Shown here: piece by piece, positions 8,430 to 17,154 of the stretch
How the letters are laid out: every line of letters begins with the position of its first letter
Position numbering within the stretch: the stretch's first letter is position 1
Assembly (NCBI GenBank): GCA_045541375.1
Contig: JAZQJB010000042.1
Coordinates: 981-64,980 of the forward strand
Reading direction: 5' to 3'
Source of the DNA: Eubacteriales bacterium
GTDB taxonomy: Bacteria; Bacillota; Clostridia; Oscillospirales; CAG-272
DNA: 64,000 bases
Notes under the pieces: model-generated
The model's input: only the letters and a program-made list of their open reading frames with translations
What the model was told of the DNA's origin: nothing
Database searches by the model: none
Translations under genes and position numbers: made by a program

Positions 8430-9025
8430 TAAAAAATCTGATTTTTGACTGCTCGGACACGCTTTTGCGCTTCGGCGGGCTCGATTGGCTGCGCGAAGAA
8501 GTCGGCGAGGAGCGCGCGCTCCACATCCACCGCACGATGTTTCTGCTCCCCGAGTGGGTGCTGTTTGACAGGGGCGAGGTTGACGCCGAGACGGTGAAAG
8601 AAAAACTCTGCGCCGCGCTTGGCGAGGATGACCGCGAGATTGGCCTGACGTATTTCGACACCTGGTACCGCAAGCACAGGGTGATCGAGGGCATTCCCGA
8701 GGTTCTCTCGGAGCTGAAGGCGAAGGGATATAAGCTGTATATTCTTTCGGATTATCCCGAGTGTTTTGAGCACGTTTGGGAGAGCTTTGAGCTTTTCGAT
8801 ATGTTTGACGGCAGGGCGGTATCCTACGAGCTTCACGCGCGCAAGCGTGAGAGCACGGCGTTTCCGCTTTTGATGGAAAGATACGGTCTTTGCGCGGAGG
8901 AGTGCTTCTTTGCCGACGATCTCTACCTCAACACCGACGCCGCCACCGAGTGCGGCCTTACGGCGCACCTGTTTACGACGGCGGAAAAGTTACGTGAAGA
9001 TCTCACCAGACTTGGAATTTTATAA
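8426..9025 (+). CDS. HAD-superfamily hydrolase
   Basis: N-terminal IFDCSDTLL (DxD-type motif I) and a C-terminal FFADD motif. ATGA start/stop overlap with the upstream gene. Confidence 0.75.
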   Translation: MIKNLIFDCSDTLLRFGGLDWLREEVGEERALHIHRTMFLLPEWVLFDRGEVDAETVKEKLCAALGEDDREIGLTYFDTWYRKHRVIEGIPEVLSELKAKGYKLYILSDYPECFEHVWESFELFDMFDGRAVSYELHARKRESTAFPLLMERYGLCAEECFFADDLYLNTDAATECGLTAHLFTTAEKLREDLTRLGIL

Positions 9026-9028
9026 GAT

Positions 9029-9062
9029 AAAAGCTGATCCACTCACGTGGATCAGCTTTTTA
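9029..9062. terminator. Bidirectional intrinsic terminator after the HAD gene
   Basis: AAGCTGATCCAC-TCAC-GTGGATCAGCTT flanked by A and T runs. Confidence 0.8.
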
Positions 9063-9077
9063 TTGCCAGCAACAGCG

Positions 9078-9470
9078 AGAAGTTTTGATCGAACTTTTTC
9101 AAAAGTTCGCGGAGTATGAGGCGGAGCCTCATTTCAATGCGAGAGCTTCAGCTCTCGCTTCCGTGCTTCAAACAGGTGAAGCTCTGCTTCTCCTGTTTGG
9201 ACAGAGTCAATACTTCCCGATTGTAGGGAAGTATTGACTCTGTCACCCTTTGTCGAATAGAATTCAGAAAAATAAAGCGAAGGAGCAAAAATCTCCCCTA
9301 AAGGGAAGATTTTACTCCTTCAAAACCGTCGGCAGGGGCGCCGCCGGTTTTAAGCGCAAGGGGAGAGTTTCGCCCTCTGTGGAGGGCGACTTAAGGCGCT
9401 GCCTTAAGAATTCGCCGTTTGCCGAAGGCAAACATACTTTTCTGAAAAAGGTTGACCAAAACTTTCCGCT
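9078..9470. repeat. Multi-hairpin structured element, copy A
   Basis: ~150-nt core at 9080-9232 is homologous to the reverse complement of 25756-25909. Contains a chain of hairpins including a perfect 19-bp stem at 9200-9244. Confidence 0.75.
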
Positions 9471-9550
9471 ATTTTCTGAATAATATTCAAGTCCTTCGTC
9501 AATAATAAATTCAAGCGGCGTTACATATCGCAAAAAGAAGGACAAATAAA

Positions 9551-10213
9551 ATGAAAACTCCTACACATCCCGCGCGTGGTTTCCGCGCCGCGGCTTTCAT
9601 CACCTGCGCCGCTATCCTCGTCTCTCTCATTCTTCTGCTCGCCGCTTCGCTGAAATTCGAGAGTTTCGACACAGACCCCGTCTATGCAAGCGTTTTCCGC
9701 CTCCATATCCGCGCAAATTCGAATAGCGAAGAAGATCAGGCAACCAAGCTCGCCGTCCGCGATGCACTTCTGCCTTTCACCTCGGAGCTTTTCGCCGACT
9801 GCAATGGTCTTCCCGACGCCGTAAAGATCGCAAAAAACGAAAGCGGAGCAATCGTTTCGCACATCAATTCCACTCTTTCCGCCCTCGGTGCCGATTACGG
9901 CGCGCGGATCTCTGTCGGCAAAGAGGAATTTCCCGAGCGTAATTACGGCGGGGAAGTCTATCCCGCGGGCGAATACACCGCGCTGATCGTCGAGCTCGGT
10001 GAAGGCGAGGGCGATAATTGGTGGTGCGTGCTCTTTCCCTCTCTCTGCCTTTCCGCTGTCCGCGGTGAGGAGGAATCGATCGAAGCAAGTCTGACCCCCG
10101 AGCAATACCGCACCATAACCGAATCGGGCGAAAGAGAAGCCCCCGCCCCCGCGCCCAAACACCCCCTCAAATTCCGCTTTTTGGAGCTCATCGAGGAGCT
10201 TTTGTCACGATAA
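9551..10213 (+). CDS. spoIIR: Stage II sporulation protein R
   Basis: FRLHIRANSNSEEDQ...VRDA...GEGEGDNWWCVLFPSLC is the SpoIIR signature. Confidence 0.85.
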   Translation: MKTPTHPARGFRAAAFITCAAILVSLILLLAASLKFESFDTDPVYASVFRLHIRANSNSEEDQATKLAVRDALLPFTSELFADCNGLPDAVKIAKNESGAIVSHINSTLSALGADYGARISVGKEEFPERNYGGEVYPAGEYTALIVELGEGEGDNWWCVLFPSLCLSAVRGEEESIEASLTPEQYRTITESGEREAPAPAPKHPLKFRFLELIEELLSR

Positions 10214-10216
10214 GTA

Positions 10217-10271
10217 TTGAAAAACTCTGTTTTCTATGATATAATTATTATATATTTTTTAGAAAACAGAG
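10217..10271 (+). promoter_or_regulatory. Promoter TTGAAA-N17-TATAAT bracketed by an 11-bp perfect inverted repeat (operator-like)
   Basis: Hexamers at 10217-10222 and 10240-10245. CTCTGTTTTCT at 10225-10235 pairs with AGAAAACAGAG at 10261-10271. Confidence 0.6.
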
Positions 10272-10280
10272 GAAACCAAA

Positions 10281-10958
10281 ATGGCACACAAAAAACAGAT
10301 CTCTCCCTCACTGATGTGCGCGGATCTGCTCAATCTCGGCGCGGAGCTGAAGCTCCTTGAGAAGGCGGGCATCGAGTATCTCCACATCGATATTATGGAC
10401 GGCGTTTACGTCCCCAACTACACCCTCGGCACCGATTTCGTTAAGCGTGTCAAGGCGGCAACCAGCATTCCGCTTGACATTCACATGATGGTCGAGAATC
10501 CCGGCTCGAAGCTCGATTGGTTCGAGTTTGGCGAGGGCGACTACGTCTGCTTACATATCGAAGCCGAGCCCCACATCCAACGCGCGCTCGCGGCAATCAA
10601 GGCTCGCGGTGCAAAGCCCATGGTTGCTCTCAACCCCGGCACACCCATTTGTGCGATCGAAGAACTCCTCGACGTCATCGACGGCGTGCTCGTTATGACC
10701 GTCAACCCCGGTTTTGCAGGTCAGAAGCTCGTTCCTTCCACTCTCGACAAGATCACTCGTATGCGTAAGTACCTTGACGACCACGGTCATCCCGAGATCG
10801 AGATCGAGGTCGACGGCAACGTAAGCTTCGAGAACGCGAAGCTTATGAGCGCGGCGGGCGCAGACATCTTCGTTGCAGGCACCTCCTCGATCTACGCCAA
10901 GGGCGGGGATATGTTCGCAAACGCAGAAAAGCTCCGCGACGTTATCAATAACGCGTAA
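10281..10958 (+). CDS. alsE: Ribulose-phosphate 3-epimerase family protein, D-allulose-6-phosphate 3-epimerase-like
   Basis: ISPSLMCADLLNLG...HIDIMDGVYVPN...MTVNPGFAGQ...EVDG...VAGTS closely tracks the AlsE/Rpe motifs. Confidence 0.8.
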   Translation: MAHKKQISPSLMCADLLNLGAELKLLEKAGIEYLHIDIMDGVYVPNYTLGTDFVKRVKAATSIPLDIHMMVENPGSKLDWFEFGEGDYVCLHIEAEPHIQRALAAIKARGAKPMVALNPGTPICAIEELLDVIDGVLVMTVNPGFAGQKLVPSTLDKITRMRKYLDDHGHPEIEIEVDGNVSFENAKLMSAAGADIFVAGTSSIYAKGGDMFANAEKLRDVINNA

Positions 10959-10990
10959 AAATGAAGCGGCTGAAATCAGCCGCTTTATTT

Positions 10991-11806
10991 TTATTCAAGA
11001 TTCAGCTTTTTGGTCATTATCGACTGTGTCACAAACCAGAAGGCGACCGCCATAGCGGCGTAGATCACTATCGAAACGCCCATGGTCAGGTGCATCGTCA
11101 GTATCATGTGGTCGTCAAGCCACATTACGATGCCGTCAAATACGCCACTCATTCCAAGCACCGTGAAGATCATCACGAGAACCGTGGCGATAACCTGGGT
11201 CGCAACGTAATAGATGAAGTATGCGCCCACCGCCATAAGGATGCGGTTTTTCTTTGCCGTCTGTCCGACAGTGATGCAGGCGTAGTACAAAAGCATATTT
11301 CCCGCAACCGACAGAAGGGCGATCACTATTATATCAAAGATAAAAGCGATGAAATTCACCATTCCGAGTTCTTCGTAAAACTCGGCAAAGCCAACGGAAA
11401 GAATCTGTGCAAGATCACTCAAGGGCTCGCCCGAAATCGCGATCATCACCGCAAGGATAACGGTCAAAAGGCAGATCGCCTGGCAACAGATCGCGGTCAA
11501 GAGCTTGACGAATATGTGCTGCGCGTTGTTCACGGGCAGGGTGAAGGTCAGATAACCCTCGGCGGAGTACATATTTTTGTAAAACCGCACCACCGCCACG
11601 ACAACCGAAAGCATCAGAAGTGCAAAGCAAGACACAACGAGCATAAAGGCGGACGAAATGATCGCGATATCTACAAGCGCGCTATCGAAGTTTTCGAAGA
11701 GCCTGAACACTCGCGCCATCACGCCAATGACCAGAACTATCGGCAAAAACAGCGCAAAGGTGCGGAAATAGTATATAAATTCGTGTTTGAACAGCTTCTT
11801 TACCAT
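10991..11806 (-). CDS. ABC-2-type transporter membrane protein
   Basis: Polytopic protein translationally coupled to the ATPase gene (7-nt overlap). AGGGAGG RBS. Confidence 0.7.
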   Translation of the reverse strand: MVKKLFKHEFIYYFRTFALFLPIVLVIGVMARVFRLFENFDSALVDIAIISSAFMLVVSCFALLMLSVVVAVVRFYKNMYSAEGYLTFTLPVNNAQHIFVKLLTAICCQAICLLTVILAVMIAISGEPLSDLAQILSVGFAEFYEELGMVNFIAFIFDIIVIALLSVAGNMLLYYACITVGQTAKKNRILMAVGAYFIYYVATQVIATVLVMIFTVLGMSGVFDGIVMWLDDHMILTMHLTMGVSIVIYAAMAVAFWFVTQSIMTKKLNLE

Positions 11807-12498
11807 TTGAATACCTCCCTGAAGAGTGCGTCAACGCTCATTCCCCGCTCCTCGCGGATCTCGTCGACCGTCTTGTGAAGCACGATCTCGCCGCGGTTGA
11901 TAAATATCGCCTCGTCAAGCACGGGCTCGATGTCGGCGATGATGTGAGTCGAGATGAGCACCGAGGCTTCGGGATTGTAGTTGTTGATGATGGTGGAAAT
12001 AACGTAATCTCTCGTTGCCGGGTCAACCGCGGCGATCGGCTCGTCGAGGACGTAAAGCTGCGCGTTTCGGCTCATAACGAGGATAAGGCAGACCTTCTCC
12101 TTGTTTCCCTTCGAGAGATTTTTCAGCCTTGTCGTTTTCGATACGCCGAGTCTGTCGAGCATTTCATAAGCAAGCTCGGGGCGGAAATCTTCGTAAAAAT
12201 CGCAAAAAAGCTCGATTATCTGCTCCGCGGTCATCCAAGAGGGCAAGAAGCTATTGTCGGGAAGGTAGGAAACGATCTTTTTCGTATCCACGCCCGGTGC
12301 CTCGCCGCCGACGAGAATGCTTCCCTCGGTCGGTGTGAGCAGACCGTTGATGAGCTTTATGAGTGTGGTCTTTCCCGATCCGTTGGGGCCGAGAATACCG
12401 ATGATCTTGCCGCGCTCGACGGTCAGATCGACTCTGTTAAGTGCCTGCACGCTTCCGTATCTTTTCGAAAGCCCCGTGCATTTCAGGATCTCGTTCAT
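11800..12498 (-). CDS. ABC transporter ATP-binding protein
   Basis: Walker A GPNGSGKTT, signature LSKGNKEK, Walker B LYVLDEP. ATG at 12498 follows AAGGAGG and forms an ATGA overlap with the gntR stop. Confidence 0.9.
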   Translation of the reverse strand: MNEILKCTGLSKRYGSVQALNRVDLTVERGKIIGILGPNGSGKTTLIKLINGLLTPTEGSILVGGEAPGVDTKKIVSYLPDNSFLPSWMTAEQIIELFCDFYEDFRPELAYEMLDRLGVSKTTRLKNLSKGNKEKVCLILVMSRNAQLYVLDEPIAAVDPATRDYVISTIINNYNPEASVLISTHIIADIEPVLDEAIFINRGEIVLHKTVDEIREERGMSVDALFREVFKW

Positions 12499-12863
12499 TG
12501 TGTTCCTCCTTGACATTTTTTGATATATTCGATGACCTCTTCGGGGCTGCAGCCGAGCTGTGCCATTTCGGCAAGATATTCCTCTGTCTTTTTGATGCGA
12601 AGAGATGCAAGCTCCTCCACAGCCGCGGATGTGTTTTCATTGACGTACCAACCCGAGCATCGAACCGAGTGGATAACCCCGCGGCGCTCAAGCTCCTCGA
12701 AGGATTTTTGAACCGTGTTCGGATTGACACCCGCCAAAAGCGCGACCTCTCTCACCGAAAGAAGCTTTTCCCCCGCCGAAAATTCTCCGCTCGCAACCGA
12801 GGCACAGATCATCTCGCAGATCTGCGGGCATATTGGGCGGGATTTATCAAGCGTCCAAGTCAT
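12495..12863 (-). CDS. GntR-family (YtrA-like) transcriptional regulator
   Basis: wHTH segment EKLLSVREVALLAGVNPNTVQKSFEELERRGVI. First gene of a GntR-ABC operon. Confidence 0.9.
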   Translation of the reverse strand: MTWTLDKSRPICPQICEMICASVASGEFSAGEKLLSVREVALLAGVNPNTVQKSFEELERRGVIHSVRCSGWYVNENTSAAVEELASLRIKKTEEYLAEMAQLGCSPEEVIEYIKKCQGGTQ

Positions 12864-12894
12864 TTCATCACTCCTTTTGTATTAGTGTACTATT

Positions 12895-12923
12895 ATTATA
12901 ATACAGTTTATTCGGTTTGTCAA
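12895..12923 (-). promoter_or_regulatory. Perfect consensus promoter for the GntR-ABC operon
   Basis: Reverse complement reads TTGACA (12923-12918), N17, TATAAT (12900-12895). Confidence 0.75.
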
Positions 12924-12988
12924 GGGGTTTAAGAAAAATTTAATAAACGGGGGCTTATTTGACATAGATGCTATTTGAGCTAACCGAT

Positions 12989-13312
12989 AGTTGCGCGGGC
13001 TCCTTCCACCACTTCCGTGGTCCCCCTCCCTCCCGGAGGGAGGCTAAAGGGTGCGAGCAACCTTCATTGTTTGTGCAGCGAATCTTGCTCAAATTAATAA
13101 TTTTGCATACAAAAAAGGAATATTTTATTTGAATCAATTTGCACTCGTAACAGAGTTCTTGCAAACTTTTTCAATAAAATATTCCTTGTTGCTGTTTAAG
13201 GTTTAAGTTAAAACAATATTCGCTGAATATCCGAAGGAGTATGCACTAATCAATCAGCCTTCCTCCGGGAGGAAGGGGGACCGCGGAAGCGGTGAAAGGA
13301 GAGCGCGCAACT
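12989..13312 (+). repeat. Large hairpin-forming intergenic element, copy 2
   Basis: 57-nt inverted arms at 12989-13045 and 13256-13312. Conserved core at 13116-13175. Confidence 0.8.
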
Positions 13313-13384
13313 TCATTTTATCACGAATTACATCAAGGGTGGTGCGTTTTCTGTCAGTATAAGATTCAAAATGAGTCATCCTCA

Positions 13385-13921
13385 TTAAGTTTTATTCGCA
13401 AAATCCTTCAGCTTGCCGCTGTAGACGTGGTTGGCGTTGGGAAGAGTGAGGAAGAGCATCGGTTCGACGATGTCGGCGAGCTCGCGGGCTTCGCGGATGC
13501 CGTTTCGGACGAGCATTTCCTTGACGAATTCGGAGCAATAATAGGAATTCGCCTGCCTGTAATGGATATTCGCGCCTGCAAGGAAGAGCCCGAGGTAATT
13601 ATAGTGGTATCGCTTTTTGTTCTTTGCCATACCCTCAAGCATCTGCCCGAGGTTGATATACTGCCCCTCTGAAACCGCGATCGAAAGCACCTCGACCTTC
13701 GTGCCCGAAAAGCGCTTGAAGGTGCCGTAATTCGGGGACTCGGTGACGAATCCGCCGTGGAAGGGGTTGTAGGGGTTGGTCCTGCCGAAGGAGTACATTG
13801 TTGAAAGGTCGGATTCAAGACTGATCGAGGCGTGATTATATTTCGCGCCCGTGATAAATTTGAGTATGCGCGACAAAGCCGTGCCCGTCTGGCTGATAAC
13901 GATATAAATTGTCTTGGACAT
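13385..13921 (-). CDS. Permuted papain-like (YiiX/NlpC-P60-related) protein
   Basis: His-before-Cys arrangement (KYNHASIS ... SYYCSEFV). AAAGGAG RBS. The family assignment is tentative. Confidence 0.5.
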   Translation of the reverse strand: MSKTIYIVISQTGTALSRILKFITGAKYNHASISLESDLSTMYSFGRTNPYNPFHGGFVTESPNYGTFKRFSGTKVEVLSIAVSEGQYINLGQMLEGMAKNKKRYHYNYLGLFLAGANIHYRQANSYYCSEFVKEMLVRNGIREARELADIVEPMLFLTLPNANHVYSGKLKDFANKT

Positions 13922-14234
13922 TTTCGCGACTCCTTTCGGTAATTTTACATTAATAGTATATCACATAATATCTAACGGACGGTTAAGTAAATTAAAATAT
14001 ATTTGAATTAATATTGGTTTTCACCATATTAAGCTCTGGCTCTCACTAAACAATTATTAATTGCACCGAACCGGACACCTTCACGTATATTATTATACTG
14101 CATTTATTTACCAATATCAATAGTTTTTCAAAAATGGTAAATAGATTTTTATCAGCTTGATTCAAAACATAAAATCACGAGAGGTATCTGCGAGTTTTCA
14201 TTACGAGCTGCAAATATTATTATAAATCAATATA

Positions 14235-14437
14235 ATATTACGCTGTCATCCTGAGCGGAGCGAAGCGGAGTCGAAGGACCTCGGCGTAGCCGGGCTAACT
14301 ATGAGGTCTGCTATGAATTATATCAATGTGAATTATTTGGGATCATATTGATACCATTCAAATCGGATTCCATAATTGACCCGCTGCGCGAGGTCCTTCG
14401 ACTCCGCTTCGCTCCGCTCAGGATGACAGCGTAATAT
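14235..14437. repeat. Perfect 49-bp inverted repeat separated by 105 bp
   Basis: ATATTACGCTGTCATCCTGAGCGGAGCGAAGCGGAGTCGAAGGACCTCG (14235-14283) and its exact complement (14389-14437). Confidence 0.85.
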
Positions 14438-14490
14438 AATTGTTGTTAAAAAAGTAATTCTTATCTCGTAATGTATTTTTTCGGATATTG

Positions 14491-14525
14491 AAAAAATAAT
14501 GGGGCTGCCTCAATGAAGCAACCCC
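14491..14525 (-). terminator. Terminator of the MBOAT/DHHW operon
   Basis: GGGGCTGC...GCAACCCC stem with a T-run on the minus strand. Confidence 0.65.
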
Positions 14526-14532
14526 TGAAATT

Positions 14533-15657
14533 TTATTTCAGCTCAGAGCTGTTATTGAGAATGAGGGTGCTATACAGGAAGAGCACGTCTGCGTTCTCGA
14601 AGTTGACGCCCATCAGAAGGATCTGGGGGATCTGGTAACGGATGTCGATGATGGTGATCTTGGCGTAGTCCTCGACCATAAGGGGAAGAAGGCTTCTGCC
14701 GTAGGAATCACGGAAGACGACGAGCTCGCGGTCGGTCTTTGCGTTCGGGTTCTCGATGGTAACCTTCGAAAGCTCGCCCGAGAGGAACATGTCGTATGCG
14801 TCCTTGCCGTGTGCCTTTTCCATATCGTAAAGGCTGATCTCCTTGCCGCCGTGCTCCCAGTCGGTGACCTTGACGTTCTCAAGGTTGCCGTTTGTGAGGT
14901 AGTAAATGGTCTCGGCATCGAGGGGCTTGGGTGCGCGGCCTGCGTAAACGCCGTAGAAGTCTACGTCGAGTTCTTTCTTCTCGAACTTCGAGTCATAATT
15001 GCCGCCCATTGCGTTTACAAGGATCTCCGCGATCTTGACAAGCTGCTCTTGGCGCCAGTGTGTGTCGCTTGCGTAGTAGTCGCCAACCTCAAGGCTGTCC
15101 TTGATGTTGATGTACTCCATAAACTCAACGCTTGCGAGCATCTCTGCAATGAAGGCGTCGTAGTCCATCGAAAGGTAGCCGTTAGCCTCGGAAAGGAAGT
15201 AGCCCTTGTCGGGGATGATCGCCATATAGGGCTTGATGCCCTTATCCTTGAGGAACTTCTCATAAACGAAGGTCAGCTTTTCAGCTGCGTGAGCGATCGA
15301 ATCCTTGTCGATCTGCTCCTGCATCTCTGCCGCAACGCCGTCAACGACGTAAACGCCGTCCTTGTCGGACTTATTGAATACGTTGGTGTTGACAAAGGAC
15401 TTGAGATTACGGAAGAAATCGCGGAAGGGGAAGTTATCGGGGGTGTATTTGTCGTCGAACTGCTTCATAAAGCTGTCGCCGTATTCAAGGCCATCCTTCA
15501 TAATGCTCTCAAGGTTGAGAGTGGGGAAGGCTGCGGCGGGGCGGCGCTCGCTGTCAAGGAACTCGGGCTTCGGAAGAACGAGGCAAAGCAGAGCAAAACC
15601 GAAGACGGCAACACAGAAAACAACGACGTTTACTATATTCTTGATCTTAGTATTCAT
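14533..15657 (-). CDS. DHHW/AlgJ-AlgX-like SGNH-type O-acetyltransferase partner protein
   Basis: N-terminal anchor and the ASDTHW motif. Located immediately downstream of the MBOAT gene. Confidence 0.75.
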   Translation of the reverse strand: MNTKIKNIVNVVVFCVAVFGFALLCLVLPKPEFLDSERRPAAAFPTLNLESIMKDGLEYGDSFMKQFDDKYTPDNFPFRDFFRNLKSFVNTNVFNKSDKDGVYVVDGVAAEMQEQIDKDSIAHAAEKLTFVYEKFLKDKGIKPYMAIIPDKGYFLSEANGYLSMDYDAFIAEMLASVEFMEYINIKDSLEVGDYYASDTHWRQEQLVKIAEILVNAMGGNYDSKFEKKELDVDFYGVYAGRAPKPLDAETIYYLTNGNLENVKVTDWEHGGKEISLYDMEKAHGKDAYDMFLSGELSKVTIENPNAKTDRELVVFRDSYGRSLLPLMVEDYAKITIIDIRYQIPQILLMGVNFENADVLFLYSTLILNNSSELK

Positions 15658-15671
15658 TTGTCTTTACCTCC

Positions 15672-17069
15672 TTAGAATCTGAAGTAGAGGAAGGGGTTCG
15701 AGGACGAGTCAACGAGGAAAGCGGTTACTACAAAGAAGAGAACCACGATCATAATGGGCTCGAGTACGTTTGCGATCTTGCCGAGCTTCTTCGACTCGGA
15801 GAACTTGGTTGCGAGGGTCTTTACCACGGGGGTAGCGCCGACGATTGCCATCACGAGAAGAACTGCATAGCTCTTGAGGTGATAGAGGGTCTCAGCAGAG
15901 GAGAATGCGATTCCGCCCGCGCCGAACATACCGCCGATGTAGGAGAATGCTTCGGTCAGAGTGGGGATCTGGAACACTACAAAGCTGAGGAGTGCCGCGA
16001 GAAGGATATAGAATCTCGAAAGCACAACGCTCTTATTGAGCGCCTTAAGCAGCCAGAACTTCTCGATAAGGAGGAGAACTCCGAAGAACACGCCCCAAAG
16101 GATGAAATTCCAGGATGCGCCGTGCCAGAAGCCGGTGAAGAGCCAGACGGCAAAAATGTTGATGATGTGGCGTCCCTTGGACACGCGGTTACCGCCAAGC
16201 GGGATGTAGAGGTAGTCGCGGAACCAGGAGCCGAGCGACATATGCCATCTTCTCCAGAACTCGGTTGCGCTCTTCGAAATGAAGGGATAATTGAAGTTCT
16301 CGAGGAAGCGGAAGCCGAAGACCTTGCCAAGTCCGATAGCCATATCCGAGTAGCCCGAGAAGTCGAAGTAGATATAAAGGGCAACGGAAATAGCATAGAT
16401 CCAGTACATAAGCACGGTCTTTTCCTCTGCCGCGTACATGATCTCGCTGAGGTCATACATCGAGTTTGCGATGAGGACCTTCTTTGCAAGACCGATAACG
16501 AAGCGGCGTGCGCCCGCGCTGAACATCTCAAAGCTGTGCTCTCTGTGCTCAAGCTGAAGTGCTACGTCGTGGTAACGAACGATGGGGCCCGCGATGAGCT
16601 GGGGGAACATTGCAACGTAAGCCGCAAGGTTGATGGGGTTCTTCTGCGCCTTTTCGCCTCTGTATACGTCAACGACGTAGGAGATGATCTGGAAGGTGTA
16701 GAAGGAGATTCCGATGGGAAGAACGATCTTCAGAAGCGGGATCTCGGTGCCGAGGACCTTGTTGAAGTTGTCAATGAAGAAGTCCATATACTTGAAGTAG
16801 AGCATAAAGGAAATTATGCAGGCTACAGCAAGTCCGACGAACAATTTCGCGATTTTCTTCTCGCGGAACTTCTCGATGAGAAGACCGAAGATATATCCGA
16901 GAATGATCGCGATGATCATAAGTCCCGCATACTTTACTCCGCCCCAAGCGTAGAAGAAGAGCGAGAACGCAAGAAGGACTGTGTTCTTGAACTTAAAGGG
17001 AACGATATAGTAAAGCAGAATTATCGCGGGAAGGAAGTAAAATAGAAATGATATACTCGAAAAAAGCAT
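15672..17069 (-). CDS. MBOAT-family membrane-bound O-acyltransferase (AlgI/DltB/PatA-like)
   Basis: Polytopic protein with WRRWHMSLGSWFRDYLYIPLGGNR and FTGFWHGASW motifs. Confidence 0.9.
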   Translation of the reverse strand: MLFSSISFLFYFLPAIILLYYIVPFKFKNTVLLAFSLFFYAWGGVKYAGLMIIAIILGYIFGLLIEKFREKKIAKLFVGLAVACIISFMLYFKYMDFFIDNFNKVLGTEIPLLKIVLPIGISFYTFQIISYVVDVYRGEKAQKNPINLAAYVAMFPQLIAGPIVRYHDVALQLEHREHSFEMFSAGARRFVIGLAKKVLIANSMYDLSEIMYAAEEKTVLMYWIYAISVALYIYFDFSGYSDMAIGLGKVFGFRFLENFNYPFISKSATEFWRRWHMSLGSWFRDYLYIPLGGNRVSKGRHIINIFAVWLFTGFWHGASWNFILWGVFFGVLLLIEKFWLLKALNKSVVLSRFYILLAALLSFVVFQIPTLTEAFSYIGGMFGAGGIAFSSAETLYHLKSYAVLLVMAIVGATPVVKTLATKFSESKKLGKIANVLEPIMIVVLFFVVTAFLVDSSSNPFLYFRF

Positions 17070-17154
17070 TTTTGTGCTCCTTTGGGCGAAAATTTGACTT
17101 TTTAAAGGAGATATTGCTCAAAAGAGCAAATATCCCCCGTGGTTTAAGTATAGA

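Noticed and set aside
9080-9232. Shared reading frame in the multi-hairpin element (ELFQKFAE.EAEP..NARASALASVLQ..EALLL.FGQSQ.FP.VGK; ORFs 8910..9119 and 25496..25903).
   Set aside because: Neither copy has an ATG or SD. Differences between copies are mostly non-synonymous and occur as compensatory pairs in stems, which indicates structural rather than coding constraint.
9500-9550. Possible sigma-F-type promoter (GGACAAATAA) upstream of spoIIR.
   Set aside because: The putative -10 would overlap the RBS and lie about 4 nt from the ATG. The spacing to any -35-like element does not fit.
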